Assembly: GCA_023701005.1 (NCBI GenBank)
Contig: JAMPXW010000002.1
Coordinates: 45,347-109,346 of the forward strand
DNA from: Burkholderiales bacterium
GTDB taxonomy: Bacteria; Patescibacteriota; Minisyncoccia; Phycocordibacterales; UBA9973
Direction: 5' to 3'
DNA: 64,000 bases
In this document: in pieces, positions 28,658 through 39,040 of the stretch
How the letters are laid out: the number at the start of each line of letters is the position of its first letter
Position numbering within the stretch: position 1 is the stretch's first letter
The notes under the pieces: model-generated
The model's database searches: none
What the model was told of the DNA's origin: nothing
What the model saw: the letters and a program-made list of their open reading frames with translations, nothing else
Program-made: the position numbers and the translations under genes

Positions 28658-30151
28658 ATGGTACCAAGATATGAAAATCTAGATATTAAAAAGGTTTTCT
28701 CTGATAAGAGCAAACTAGATCTCTGGCAAAAAACGGAATTAGCTGTAATTGAAGCCATGGCTAAATTGGGATTGATTGATGTTATTTATTATAACGAAAT
28801 TAAAAATACGTTAATCAATATCCCAATTGATATCGAATGGTGTGAAAAAGAAGATAAAAAAATCCATCATGATTTGAATGCTTTTCTTCATGAGAGACTA
28901 AAAAATCTTGATTCAAGATTGCATCAATATTTTCACAAAAACATCACTTCATACGACACAGAAGAACCTGCTTTCGCTCGTTCTTTGTCTGACGCCAGTG
29001 AAATAATAAAGTTGTTAAATATAACTTTAGAAAATACACTGAAAAATCTGGCCGTTAAATACCGTTACGTTATAATGAACGCCAGAACGCATGGACAAGA
29101 AGCAGAAATGCAAAGTTTTGGTTCACGCGTTCTAACATGGCTATGCGATTACAAAATTGCCTATAATGCATTTCTGTATTCTTTAGATAATTTGAAATAC
29201 TCAAAATTATCTGGGGCAATTGGAAAGTATGGTAGCCTTGATCCAAAAATAGAAGAAGAGGCTTTAAGTATTTTAGGTTTTGTTCCATTTTATGGTTCTA
29301 CTCAAATAATGCCTAGAATTCTCTATGCACCAATTGCTCAAAGTTTATGTAATCTTCTATTAGTTATTCAAAAAATTGGATTAGATATACGTCTAGCTTC
29401 TAGAAGTGGTAAACCATTGATGCAAGAACCTTTCAAAAAGAAACAAACTGGTTCTTCTGCTATGCCTCATAAAAAAAATACAATCCGTACAGAACAATTG
29501 GAAGGCATGGCAAGAATGGCGAAAGGATATATGATTATGATTACAGATAACATTTCTACTTGGGAAGAAAGAGCAATAGAACAATCTTCTGTAGAAAGAG
29601 TTGCTTGGCAAGATCTTTTTCATGTAACTGCTCAATCTTTAAAAGTATTAAATGGTGTCTTGAATGGATTACAAGTTTATCAAGACAACATGTTACAAGA
29701 AATAGTTGAATCACGTGGAGTTTATGCTTCAAGTGAAGTAAAAGAATTCTTAAAAGAAAAACTTTCAGAAACTGGTTTAAGTTATGAAGATGTATATAAA
29801 ATTGTACAACTTGCTAGTTTTAACGTCTTTGAACCTAGTTCAAAGAAAAAAACAATAAGAGAAGCTAATTTTCTTAATCATGTTGAAAGCTATGCTTTTC
29901 TTATGCAAGTAGAAAATATGGAACCTCAAAAATATGTTTCAATTAGGGATCATATTTTTCAAGCAAAATTGCACATATCTGAAAACCTTGAAATAACTCA
30001 AGAAAAAATTGATATTTATAATGAAGCTTTAGTAAAATTGTTTTATAGTGGAACAAACAAGAATATCATAAATGAATGGGACAAATTATTTGATCCTACA
30101 TTCTTATTAAAAAATGAAAATTTCTTGTTTGAAAAAATTCTAAATATGTAA
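28658..30151 (+). CDS. purB: Adenylosuccinate lyase-like protein (fumarate lyase superfamily)
   Basis: N-terminal 'MVPRYENLDIKKVFSDKSKLDLWQKTELAVIEAMAKLG' resembles PurB. The superfamily signature 'GSSAMPHKKNTIRTE' is present. The C-terminus is longer than a typical PurB. Confidence 0.7.
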   Translation: MVPRYENLDIKKVFSDKSKLDLWQKTELAVIEAMAKLGLIDVIYYNEIKNTLINIPIDIEWCEKEDKKIHHDLNAFLHERLKNLDSRLHQYFHKNITSYDTEEPAFARSLSDASEIIKLLNITLENTLKNLAVKYRYVIMNARTHGQEAEMQSFGSRVLTWLCDYKIAYNAFLYSLDNLKYSKLSGAIGKYGSLDPKIEEEALSILGFVPFYGSTQIMPRILYAPIAQSLCNLLLVIQKIGLDIRLASRSGKPLMQEPFKKKQTGSSAMPHKKNTIRTEQLEGMARMAKGYMIMITDNISTWEERAIEQSSVERVAWQDLFHVTAQSLKVLNGVLNGLQVYQDNMLQEIVESRGVYASSEVKEFLKEKLSETGLSYEDVYKIVQLASFNVFEPSSKKKTIREANFLNHVESYAFLMQVENMEPQKYVSIRDHIFQAKLHISENLEITQEKIDIYNEALVKLFYSGTNKNIINEWDKLFDPTFLLKNENFLFEKILNM

Positions 30152-30163
30152 ATTAACAAAATT

Positions 30164-30200
30164 ATAGGCCTGTCGAATAATCGACAGGCCTATTTTTATT
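30164..30200. terminator. Rho-independent terminator after purB, shared with the convergent 30196 gene
   Basis: 'ATAGGCCTGTCGAataaTCGACAGGCCTATttttatt' is a 13-bp perfect stem. Confidence 0.65.
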
Positions 30201-30729
30201 CTGGAACTTCAAACGCAAATCCAATTTTATCAGTTCTTTGAGTCCATTCTTTTTCCATGCTTGCATTTAAAAAAAGATCTTCTCCGTGAGCATTTACAAC
30301 AAAACGCATTCTATCTTCTTCACTATCAACAATCGAAGAATGCATAATATAAACAACATCAAACCCCATTTGTCTAATATCTTTGCTCGTAAAATTTTGA
30401 CAAATTAAACAAGCAATCTCAGGATTTGGATGAATTAATCCGCGCTTAGATGCTCCAACAAGAATTTTCCAAACACTAATTTTATTACCTACTCCGCAAA
30501 GCTGAGAACCTCTTAGTAAAATAATTTTACTTTTTATTCCCTTTTTGCCTTCTGTAGAAAATAATTTTTTTGGAACTAATAAATCATAAGCACTTTCACC
30601 AACACCGATATCTCTTTTTTTAAGAGAATCAACCCATTCTTTTCCTTCTAACACCTTAAAAGTAACTCTAAAAAATACCTCATCATAGAATTCCTTCCAA
30701 GGATATGATACCGAAGATTGCATATCCAT
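30196..30729 (-). CDS. Hypothetical protein (177 aa)
   Basis: Long ORF with coding-like composition. No family recognised. Confidence 0.45.
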   Translation of the reverse strand: MDMQSSVSYPWKEFYDEVFFRVTFKVLEGKEWVDSLKKRDIGVGESAYDLLVPKKLFSTEGKKGIKSKIILLRGSQLCGVGNKISVWKILVGASKRGLIHPNPEIACLICQNFTSKDIRQMGFDVVYIMHSSIVDSEEDRMRFVVNAHGEDLFLNASMEKEWTQRTDKIGFAFEVPE

Positions 30730-30891
30730 TTTTTGTTCCTCCAGATTGTTTATTTAACAAAGTTATTTACTTTGAATGTACATATTTATTATAAAAACAT
30801 AATACCTAAAATAACGATATTGTCAATAAAATTATAAATTAACAATGTTAGTAATTTTGCAAAAAGGTTCACAATTTAGTACTATTAAAAA

Positions 30892-31779
30892 ATGATTGAT
30901 AGAATAATAAATACAAAAAATACAAAAGATGCAGAGGTAGTAATATTGAATGCTCCTTATGAGCACAGTGTTTCTTTTGGAGGTGGGACAATAAAAGGTC
31001 CACAAAAAATAATAGAATGCTTAGATAATTATCTAGAACTTTTTGATACTGAATTAAAATGTGAACCAGCTAAAAAAATTAAAACTGCAAAAAAAGAAAT
31101 AACTGGTTTAAAAAATATAAATGGAGAAAAAGCTTCAAAAAAAATAAGCACCGAATATCAAAAATTGTTTAACGATGACAAATTTATAATTATGCTCGGA
31201 GGAGAACATACAGTTTCCTACGGAGCATTAGAAGCTATATCTAAAAAAGAAAATCCTAAAGATATTACAATATTACAAATAGACGCTCACCAAGATTTAA
31301 GAAATGATAGTGGAGATTATAGCGAAAAAAAAGATAAATTTGCTCATTCTTGTGTCATGCGCAGAGCTCATGAACTAGGCTTCCCTATTGTTCAAGTAGG
31401 AATAAGAACATATTCCAAATACGAATACGAATATTGGCAAAATAATAAACAAACTATTACAGTTTTTGGTTGGAATGGAAAAGAAATACCTATAAATAAA
31501 ATTTTAGAATCAATTAAAACTAAAAAGGTTTATCTTACTTTAGATGTTGATGGCTTTGATCCTGCTTTTATGCCAGGCACAGGGACACCAGTGCAAGGTG
31601 GATTAGATTGGTATTATGGATTAAATTTAATAAATAAAATTGTAGATACTAAAAATTTGATTGGCGCAGATATTGTAGAAGTATCACCTCAAAAAGAATC
31701 AGCTCTAACAGAATTTGGAGCAGCTCTTATTTGTTATAAAATAATGGCTCACAAATTTAAAAATAAACTTATCTCTTAA
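30892..31779 (+). CDS. Arginase/agmatinase-family ureohydrolase
   Basis: 'GGEHTVSYGA', 'LQIDAHQDLR' and 'LDVDGFDPAFMPGTGTPVQGGL' are the Mn-binding ureohydrolase motifs. Confidence 0.8.
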   Translation: MIDRIINTKNTKDAEVVILNAPYEHSVSFGGGTIKGPQKIIECLDNYLELFDTELKCEPAKKIKTAKKEITGLKNINGEKASKKISTEYQKLFNDDKFIIMLGGEHTVSYGALEAISKKENPKDITILQIDAHQDLRNDSGDYSEKKDKFAHSCVMRRAHELGFPIVQVGIRTYSKYEYEYWQNNKQTITVFGWNGKEIPINKILESIKTKKVYLTLDVDGFDPAFMPGTGTPVQGGLDWYYGLNLINKIVDTKNLIGADIVEVSPQKESALTEFGAALICYKIMAHKFKNKLIS

Positions 31780-32359
31780 AAATTTTTTTGTGTAAGATAG
31801 AAAAGCTAATAATTGTATTAATTAATACAAAATATATACCCAAAGAGTAAATAGAAAAACTCCATTCTTTTATTATAAACAATCCTAAAATATTATTTAT
31901 AATTGCAAAAGCATAAATATAGACAGATTCTGTCTCTGGGAATTTCCAAGATTTAACAATAGTTGGAATAGCTGCCAATCCATCACTTAAAATAACAAAC
32001 AAAATAGATATCTCTAAATTATGTGTAAATATATAAAGTATTAATGCTAAAAAAGAAACAACTCCACAAATTGAATCAAAAAAAGTTATTTTCCAATAAG
32101 CATTTTTTTTGAATAAAGAATATATAATAACCAAAAATGGCCCAAACCCCGCCATAAAAACAGGCAGAACAGAAAGCCCTGCTCCTGCTTTTAGTTGGAA
32201 AAATACTCCAAGAAAAGGAGCCAACATCCAAATGAACCAAGAAACTAAATTTGGTTTTGTATGTCCTAAAAACATACTTCTTAAATAAAAGAATTCTCCT
32301 ATCAAATTAATCAAAACACCTATATAAATTATATTTTCTGACAACATAAATTTAATCAT
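31769..32359 (-). CDS. Polytopic membrane protein (196 aa, 'HTKP' motif), terminal gene of module 2
   Basis: About 6 TM helices. 'LGHTKPNLVSWFIWMLAPFLG' resembles 'LTHTKPRLGWMLFILAHLG' in the 46397..46945 protein. Confidence 0.5.
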   Translation of the reverse strand: MIKFMLSENIIYIGVLINLIGEFFYLRSMFLGHTKPNLVSWFIWMLAPFLGVFFQLKAGAGLSVLPVFMAGFGPFLVIIYSLFKKNAYWKITFFDSICGVVSFLALILYIFTHNLEISILFVILSDGLAAIPTIVKSWKFPETESVYIYAFAIINNILGLFIIKEWSFSIYSLGIYFVLINTIISFSILHKKIFKR

Positions 32360-32392
32360 CCCTGTGCATAACTAGAAAAGGTCGGACCTTTT

Positions 32393-34108
32393 CTAATACA
32401 CCTCCCCATTATAACATTTCTCACAATACACAATTTCAGGTCGATCAGGAGAATAAGAAGTTTCAAATTCATTAGTGCAGTTTTCTTTCATACATTTCCT
32501 ATGCCAGAGCTTAAGAGGGTTTCTTTGGGATAGTCTATTGTAATGTCTACAGTTAGGACATAAGTGTGGAATGGGTAGATTCATTCTTTTGTAGAATTGA
32601 AGTTCATTTGGAATGATTTTGAAGGCTTCAGTACATTGGTGGTTACATTCTTTATGTTCACATTCTATTACTTTGTTTAATATACTGTCATCTACATCTT
32701 TTATATCATTTGGTATATCTTCTGTTTTAATGTCTATATTGTAGTTTCTTTCTTCTTTGTCTTTCCACTTATATCCTTCCTTTATGGCTTCTTCTTTTGT
32801 TAATGGGAAGTATTCTTGAGCTATGGTTTCATTGTAGGCAAAGGGACTTAATTCTGGTGGGAAGAATTCTCCGTATCTGTATATTCTTCCTTTACTATCT
32901 ATATATGGCATATCATTCATGTGTTGTATTATCTTTGGTATTAGTTCTTCATATTCTTCTTTTGTGTATTGTTTGTTGAGGATGCAGTATTGTTTGTTGC
33001 GGAGAGCGACACAGCCGAAGAGATCATGAGAAGAAATAGAAAGAAACGAATATTTTATATCGTGAGAAGCACGATTTGTCATACCAAACAAAGATCCAGA
33101 TCCTTTAAAAGATGGAGCTACCCCTTCATAAGATGACTCTGTTTGAACTCCACCAAACATGTCCATCGTATCTTTGTTGCCTGCTGAACGAATCACATAT
33201 TTTACATCTTGAGAATTATTAACATTAAAAGAAAAAAGAGCATTCTTTGAATTCTCTATATTATTACCTGAATAATTTACACTATTTAAGGTTTGTATAT
33301 ATTTATGTAGAGTATTTTCTTTTTTTATTTTATTAAATTCTTTCAATAACGTACTTAACGATCTGAAATCACCTATTATAAAATTAGATTTCTTTTCTTC
33401 GTATTCTCCTTTAGAATATTGGACATTACGAATCATGTATTTTTTATTTCTTAAATTTGAAGATAAAAAACAATCTTGGCAATTTGAACAATCAAACAAA
33501 AAAGCTGAATCAATACAACCATTACAATTTTCAAGAAATATACTATTATAATTATTTACTGAATCAGTGTTCTCGTAACACCAAATTAATTTATTACAAA
33601 ATAAGGAATCTAAAACATTTTGACTTTTATCTAAAGCATAAGAATAATCAACATTTTCACAATCCAAAATAGAAGAAGAAAGATAACAATTTTTATCATC
33701 TGTAGAGAAATTAATATAATCAGAATTAATATTATTAAATTTCCAAAGTTGTATTAGTGGAACTTTTTTTACTAAACTTATCCATTGTTCAAAGAAAGGC
33801 TTGTTCCAATCATATTCTAAAAAATAATCTTGGGCATTCCAATCATCTCCCCACCAACATTTATCACAATAAATCTTTGCCTCAAAATCTTGACGATACA
33901 TTGATATAATACCCTTACCACATAAAGCACATTTATTTTTATGAAAGACTCTTTCATTTCTAAAGGTCATTCTCCTTATCATTCTACATTCCGGACAAAA
34001 AGTAGGTGGAGGGACTTTTATTTTCTCATAAAATTTAAAATCTTCAGGCTCTATGGTAAAGTCGCATTTACAATTCTGGCATATTCTTTTTTCATTTTTA
34101 TATTCCAT
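32393..34108 (-). CDS. Cys-rich zinc-ribbon paralog family protein, copy B (571 aa)
   Basis: 'CQNCKCDFTIEPEDFKFYEKIKVPPPTFCPECR' ... 'LRNKQYCILNKQYTKEEYEEL' ... 'LWHRKCMKENCTNEFETSYSPDRPEIVYCEKCYNGEVY'. Confidence 0.85.
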   Translation of the reverse strand: MEYKNEKRICQNCKCDFTIEPEDFKFYEKIKVPPPTFCPECRMIRRMTFRNERVFHKNKCALCGKGIISMYRQDFEAKIYCDKCWWGDDWNAQDYFLEYDWNKPFFEQWISLVKKVPLIQLWKFNNINSDYINFSTDDKNCYLSSSILDCENVDYSYALDKSQNVLDSLFCNKLIWCYENTDSVNNYNSIFLENCNGCIDSAFLFDCSNCQDCFLSSNLRNKKYMIRNVQYSKGEYEEKKSNFIIGDFRSLSTLLKEFNKIKKENTLHKYIQTLNSVNYSGNNIENSKNALFSFNVNNSQDVKYVIRSAGNKDTMDMFGGVQTESSYEGVAPSFKGSGSLFGMTNRASHDIKYSFLSISSHDLFGCVALRNKQYCILNKQYTKEEYEELIPKIIQHMNDMPYIDSKGRIYRYGEFFPPELSPFAYNETIAQEYFPLTKEEAIKEGYKWKDKEERNYNIDIKTEDIPNDIKDVDDSILNKVIECEHKECNHQCTEAFKIIPNELQFYKRMNLPIPHLCPNCRHYNRLSQRNPLKLWHRKCMKENCTNEFETSYSPDRPEIVYCEKCYNGEVY

Positions 34109-34148
34109 ATTTAATATTTACATATGTACACCATGGTTGATATGTGTA

Positions 34149-35867
34149 CTAATACACCTCCTGCTGATAACATTTCTCACAATATATTATTTCTAACCTT
34201 TCTGGAGAATAAGTTGTCTCAAATTCATTATTACATCCATTCTTCATACACTTGCGATGCCAAAGTTTTAATGGATTTCTTAAATTAATACGTTTATAAT
34301 GTCTACAGTTAGGACAAAGTCTAGGGAGAGGTAGATTCATCCTTTTGTAAAATTTTAACTCTTCTGAAACAATCTTAAAAGCTTCTGTGCATTGATCTTT
34401 GCATTTTCCGCCATGCTCACATGCTATAACTTTATTTAATATATCTTCTGAAATATTTTCTACATCGTTTGGTATATCTTCTGTTTTAATATTAATATCA
34501 TAATTTCTAATCTCAGATTCCTTCCAAATATACCCATGTTCTAAAATTTCTTCCTTACTCAAAGGAAAATATTCTTGAGCAATACTTTCATTATAAGCAA
34601 ATGGTGATGCTTCCTTAGGGAAAAATTCACCATACTTATAAACACATCCTTTATTATCAACAAAAGGAACTTCATTCATGTGTTTAATAATTTTAGGTAC
34701 TAATTTTTCATATTCTTCTTTTGTATACTGCCTATTTAAAATACAATATTCTTTCTTATATAAACCTTCACAACCAAAAATATTTAAACAATCATGGCAT
34801 TCTTCTGTATAACGTACGTTTTGATTCGAAAAATTTCTAACACCAAATGCACTATTTGATCCACCAAAACCATGAGCTATTTCATATAAAAATTCAGCAT
34901 TAAAACCCTGGAAAGATGTATCATAACTATCTTTTGTATTATTTCTACTAAAAAATAAATACTTTGAATTTTCAGCTTGTCTAGAACTAAAAGAATTATG
35001 TGTATTTCTAACTTCATACAAGTCATCTCCATCCGAATTAATAGATTTATAAATGTAAGCATATCTATGTGGAATACTAAGTTTTATTTTCTCGAGTTTA
35101 TTCAAAAACTCTTGATGTTTTTCAAAATTATCTAAACTACTTAATTTTATAAATTTTTCATATTCTTCTTTTGTTTTTTGCTCATTAAAAATACAATAAG
35201 ATTTATTAACAAGGCCTACACAACAAAAACAGTTAATACAATTTCTACAATCTATAAGATAACGACTTTCTACACAATCATTGCAATTACGACTAAAAAA
35301 TAAAAGATTTGATCTTGCACATTCAAAAAGTTCATAACTAAATTGAACTTTTTCAGAAAAAGCAACATCTAAAGAATCTTGTGAATCAAAAATTTGATTA
35401 CCAAAATAAACTCTTTCATTATTTATGCCACCAAACAAAAGATAGCACTCTTTCAAATCGAGCCCATAATTACAATACTCACTAGAAATAAAATTCGTTT
35501 GATAAAGATTAGATCTAGGAACTTTTAACTGCAAAGATTTAAATTGTTCAAAAAATGATTTAGAAAAATCATAATCTGTTCCATAATCTAATGGATTCCA
35601 CTTATCTGAAAGCCAACATTCTTTACAATAAACAATAAAAGGTTTTTCTTTGCTATATACGCTAAGTATATTTTTTTTACACAAAAAACACTCACGTCTA
35701 TAAAAAACACGATTATTCCTGAAAAGTAATCTCCTTTGGAATCTACATTCCGGACAAAATGTAGGTGGAGGGACTTTTATTTTCTCATAAAAATTAAAAT
35801 CTTCAGGCTCTATGGTAAAGTCACATTTACAATTCTGACAGTTTTTAATTTCTTGTTTATATTCCAT
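34149..35867 (-). CDS. Cys-rich zinc-ribbon paralog family protein, copy C (572 aa)
   Basis: Same N- and C-terminal modules as copies A and B. Internal 'CVGLVNKSYCIFNEQKTKEEYEK' and 'LYKKEYCILNRQYTKEEYEKL'. Confidence 0.85.
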   Translation of the reverse strand: MEYKQEIKNCQNCKCDFTIEPEDFNFYEKIKVPPPTFCPECRFQRRLLFRNNRVFYRRECFLCKKNILSVYSKEKPFIVYCKECWLSDKWNPLDYGTDYDFSKSFFEQFKSLQLKVPRSNLYQTNFISSEYCNYGLDLKECYLLFGGINNERVYFGNQIFDSQDSLDVAFSEKVQFSYELFECARSNLLFFSRNCNDCVESRYLIDCRNCINCFCCVGLVNKSYCIFNEQKTKEEYEKFIKLSSLDNFEKHQEFLNKLEKIKLSIPHRYAYIYKSINSDGDDLYEVRNTHNSFSSRQAENSKYLFFSRNNTKDSYDTSFQGFNAEFLYEIAHGFGGSNSAFGVRNFSNQNVRYTEECHDCLNIFGCEGLYKKEYCILNRQYTKEEYEKLVPKIIKHMNEVPFVDNKGCVYKYGEFFPKEASPFAYNESIAQEYFPLSKEEILEHGYIWKESEIRNYDINIKTEDIPNDVENISEDILNKVIACEHGGKCKDQCTEAFKIVSEELKFYKRMNLPLPRLCPNCRHYKRINLRNPLKLWHRKCMKNGCNNEFETTYSPERLEIIYCEKCYQQEVY

Positions 35868-35910
35868 TTATTACTTTATACTTTAGGAACTTTATAAACT
35901 TTCTACTATA

Positions 35911-36774
35911 TTATATCCCTTCCTTTTTAAGTTCTTCTAGAAGTTCTCGGGCTTTTTTGGAAATCTTAGTAGGTATCTTGATATTTATTTTTATATACAA
36001 ATCCCCCGTCTTGCCATTCTTAATAGCCTCGCCATACCCAGACATTTTTAAAGTTTGTCCATTCTGTATACCAGCTGGAACATTTATAGACACTTCTTCT
36101 TCCTGACGCAAGACTCCTTTGCCTTTACAATTTTCACATTTTTCTTTTGGAACAGAACCAGAACCTAAACATTCTTCGCAGATTCTTGTATTAGATATAT
36201 TTCCTAAAATCGTCCTTTTTATTTCGCGAATTTTTCCTTGACCATTACAATACCTACAAGTATCCATCTTTGTACCTGGCTTAGCGCCTGAATTATGACA
36301 AACAGAACAGCTCGAAGTCTTGGTGATTGCTAATTTCCTTGTCACACCTAAAACAGAATCAGACAAAGTTATTTGTATTTCTGTACTTATATCTCGTCCG
36401 CGTCTTTGTTTTACTCCACCACCTCCTCTGTTTCCTGTAAAAAAATCACTAAAAATATCATTCAAATTGCCAAAATCAAAATCACCTCCCTGGAATCCTC
36501 CAGAAAAACCACCAAAATCAAAACCTTCAAAGCCACCACGCCCTCCATAGCCCTGATTCATATTTTCAAAACCAGCCCCAAATTGATCATATTTTGCTCG
36601 TTTTCCGTCATCAGAAAGAACTTGGTAAGCTTCATTTACTTCTTTAAATTTCTTTTCATCCCCTTCTTTTTTGTCAGGATGATATTTATGAGCCAATTTA
36701 TAAAAGGCTTTTTTTATTTCGTCTTTAGATGCATTCTTAGCAACACCTAAAATGTCATAATAATCTTTATTCAT
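35911..36774 (-). CDS. dnaJ: Chaperone DnaJ, short form (287 aa; J-domain, G/F region, CxxCxGxG zinc fingers; lacks most of CTD-II and the dimerisation tail)
   Basis: '[33 protein letters not shown]'. G/F-rich '[21 protein letters not shown]'. Four CxxC(x)GxG motifs. The protein ends soon after 'GDLYIKINI'. Confidence 0.85.
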   Translation of the reverse strand: MNKDYYDILGVAKNASKDEIKKAFYKLAHKYHPDKKEGDEKKFKEVNEAYQVLSDDGKRAKYDQFGAGFENMNQGYGGRGGFEGFDFGGFSGGFQGGDFDFGNLNDIFSDFFTGNRGGGGVKQRRGRDISTEIQITLSDSVLGVTRKLAITKTSSCSVCHNSGAKPGTKMDTCRYCNGQGKIREIKRTILGNISNTRICEECLGSGSVPKEKCENCKGKGVLRQEEEVSINVPAGIQNGQTLKMSGYGEAIKNGKTGDLYIKINIKIPTKISKKARELLEELKKEGI

Positions 36775-36790
36775 AAGGTTTATATAGCCA

Positions 36791-38260
36791 TTATATCATA
36801 GGTTCCGCTTCTTGAGAAGTTGTATTTTTTGAGCTTTCTTCTGCTAAAGATCCTTTACCTTTTCCTTCAATGATTGCTTTTTCTTCCGCGCTTCTTATGA
36901 TAGTAGCTTCTTCTTCTGCAATAAGTTTCTGAGCATCATCTTTTGAAATAGAATATTTCCTACGAGAAGCTTCTATTATTTCTTTGCGATAAGAAGGATG
37001 TGTAGGGGGCAAAACTCTTAATGTTTCAGCAGAAAATGGATCATAAGATTCACCATCAATCGTCATTTTAATATAAAATTCAGCTACAGCTAAATTAATC
37101 ATATCTTTAACTCCGAAAAGTGGTTCAAATTCTGGTTTTAATTTTACTGCATCTTCTCCACCAACTCTAAAACAAATTATACTTCCCGTGTTTCCAAGCA
37201 CAGCATGTTGAACTTGGGGTAATAATTGTCCTATATATTGATGAGCAATGGTTAAGTTCAGTGCATATTTTCTAGCCTCTGACAAAATGTTTTCAAAAGT
37301 ATGTGTGACTATGTTTTGAAACTCATCTATGTATAAATAAAAATCTCTACGATCTTTTTCTGGTATTGCTGCTCTTTCCATTCCAGCTTGTTTTATTTTT
37401 GTTAAGAACATTGAACCAAAGAAACTTGAATTTTCTTCTCCAATGCGTCCTTTTGAAAGATTAATAAAAATAATTTTACCTTCATTCATTAATTTACTAA
37501 TATCAATTTTATTTTGCTTTTGTCCAAATATATTTCGTAGAAGTGGATCAGACAAAAACTGTCCCAATTTGTTAACAAGAGGAATGATAGCATCTGTATC
37601 GAACTTTTCAGACCAATCAGCAAATTCGATAGCGAAGAATCTTTTAACCATGTCGTCAGTAATATATTCGACTACTTTCTGTCTATAATTTCTATCAGTC
37701 AACATCGATATCATTCCACGCATTGTGGCATGAGGATAATCCAAAAGTGCCAAACAAGTAAAACGAAAAACGTGTTCAAGGCGTGGTGTCCAGTTTGCCC
37801 CGAATTGTTTTTGCAAAACCTCAATCAAGCCTTGGGTCAATTGAAATTTGAAAAGCGGATCGACGTTGGCAAGAGGGTTGAAAGAAGCTGGAAAATCTAC
37901 ATCTCCAGGGTCAATAACACAAACATCTTCTATTCTCTCTTTTGGAATATAATCCAGCATCGCGTCGATAACATCTCCGTGTGGATCAATAAGACAAAGG
38001 CCATGATTGTATGTGACGTCTTGGCGAATAAACAATTCCATTAATTTAGTTTTACCAACACCAGACTTACCAACAATATACAAATGTCTTCTTCTATCTA
38101 TTCTTTTTAGACCAAAAATAAATTTCTTTTCTTCAAGTGAAGCTACATAATTTGTACGCCCGATGAAAGAAACCTCTTCGGGATCTACTTTTCCAAAAAC
38201 AGGAAGTTCTGGTGGAGGTGGCCCATATTTTATTATTTGCACTCGATTTGGCTTCGGCAT
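36791..38260 (-). CDS. VirD4/TraD/HerA-like P-loop ATPase (coupling-protein-like, no TM anchor), copy 1 (489 aa)
   Basis: Walker A '[14 protein letters not shown]'. 'LIDPHGD'. Walker B '[10 protein letters not shown]'. 'LNLTIAHQY'. Paralogous to the 42501..44579 protein. Confidence 0.8.
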   Translation of the reverse strand: MPKPNRVQIIKYGPPPPELPVFGKVDPEEVSFIGRTNYVASLEEKKFIFGLKRIDRRRHLYIVGKSGVGKTKLMELFIRQDVTYNHGLCLIDPHGDVIDAMLDYIPKERIEDVCVIDPGDVDFPASFNPLANVDPLFKFQLTQGLIEVLQKQFGANWTPRLEHVFRFTCLALLDYPHATMRGMISMLTDRNYRQKVVEYITDDMVKRFFAIEFADWSEKFDTDAIIPLVNKLGQFLSDPLLRNIFGQKQNKIDISKLMNEGKIIFINLSKGRIGEENSSFFGSMFLTKIKQAGMERAAIPEKDRRDFYLYIDEFQNIVTHTFENILSEARKYALNLTIAHQYIGQLLPQVQHAVLGNTGSIICFRVGGEDAVKLKPEFEPLFGVKDMINLAVAEFYIKMTIDGESYDPFSAETLRVLPPTHPSYRKEIIEASRRKYSISKDDAQKLIAEEEATIIRSAEEKAIIEGKGKGSLAEESSKNTTSQEAEPMI

Positions 38261-38323
38261 ATATAGCTTAATATTACTACTAATTTATTGATTATTCAAT
38301 GGTAAAAGTATATTATAATAAAC

Positions 38324-39040
38324 ATGAAAATACATAGATTTATAGATAAATTTGATTTTTCAAAAAATAAAATAGAAATAACAAACCCTGAAATAATCAA
38401 CCAAATAAAGCTTGTTTTAAGGCTAAAAAAGGGAGAAATTATAATTTTATCTGACGGTAAAGGTAAAAGTATAGAAGTAACCCTAGATACAATAAATCCA
38501 AATAAAATTATATGTATTCCAAACAAAGGAAACTCTACTGTAAAGAATGATACTGAAAATAAAAAAGTAAATTTATATTTAGCTATATTGAAAAAAGAAA
38601 ATTTTGAATTATCTGTACAGAAAGCAGTAGAAGTCGGTGTATCAAAAATAATACCTGTAATAACAGAAAGAACTATTAAAACGGGTTTAAATGTAATTCG
38701 TTTAGAAAAAATAATCAAAGAAGCTAGTGAACAATGCGGAAGAGATATATTACCTACACTATCTAATATCTCTAAATTTGAAGACGCCCTAAAAGATGGA
38801 GAAAATTCTGAAGAGAAAATTATTTTTCATATAGACAAAAATATTAATAACAATTTCTATACTCCAAATAAAAAAGCAAAAACTTCAAGCATTTTTATAG
38901 GACCAGAAGGTGGTTTTACGGAGAATGAAATAAAACTAGCTAAAAATTTAAATTATAAAATCAGTTCTCTTGGCTCTCTAACCTTGCGTGGAGAAACAGC
39001 CGCCATAGTAGCTACTTATCGTGCAGTCGAAGGAATTTAA
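38324..39040 (+). CDS. rsmE: 16S rRNA (uracil1498-N3)-methyltransferase RsmE
   Basis: C-terminal SPOUT block 'FIGPEGGFTENEIKLAKNLNYKISSLGSLTLRGETAAIVA'. Confidence 0.8.
   Translation: MKIHRFIDKFDFSKNKIEITNPEIINQIKLVLRLKKGEIIILSDGKGKSIEVTLDTINPNKIICIPNKGNSTVKNDTENKKVNLYLAILKKENFELSVQKAVEVGVSKIIPVITERTIKTGLNVIRLEKIIKEASEQCGRDILPTLSNISKFEDALKDGENSEEKIIFHIDKNINNNFYTPNKKAKTSSIFIGPEGGFTENEIKLAKNLNYKISSLGSLTLRGETAAIVATYRAVEGI

Noticed and set aside
36320-36750. Plus-strand ORFs (36320-36550 and 36373-36750) and many other 60-100 aa antisense ORFs in the track
   Set aside because: These are shadow ORFs inside well-supported minus-strand genes (dnaJ and others). Examples: 193-378, 1542-1745, 2303-2614, 4752-4940, 5027-5338, 5526-6320, 9742-10140, 10596-11283, 11782-12799, 13972-14245, 17527-18147, 18401-19247, 19270-20675, 23044-23313, 24151-24360, 26770-27012, 29070-29635, 32797-33672, 34877-35062, 37443-38044, 42158-42711, 43643-44585, 45080-45391, 46149-46496, 48063-48982, 53219-53896, 55046-56021, 57358-57540, 58644-58877, 61658-62419, 63056-63238 and 63627-63824. 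Their compositions are low-complexity or AT-biased, and no RBS is evident.
38296-38718. Minus-strand 140-aa ORF overlapping rsmE
   Set aside because: It is antisense to the well-supported RsmE coding region. The hydrophobic, low-complexity translation is typical of an AT-rich shadow frame.
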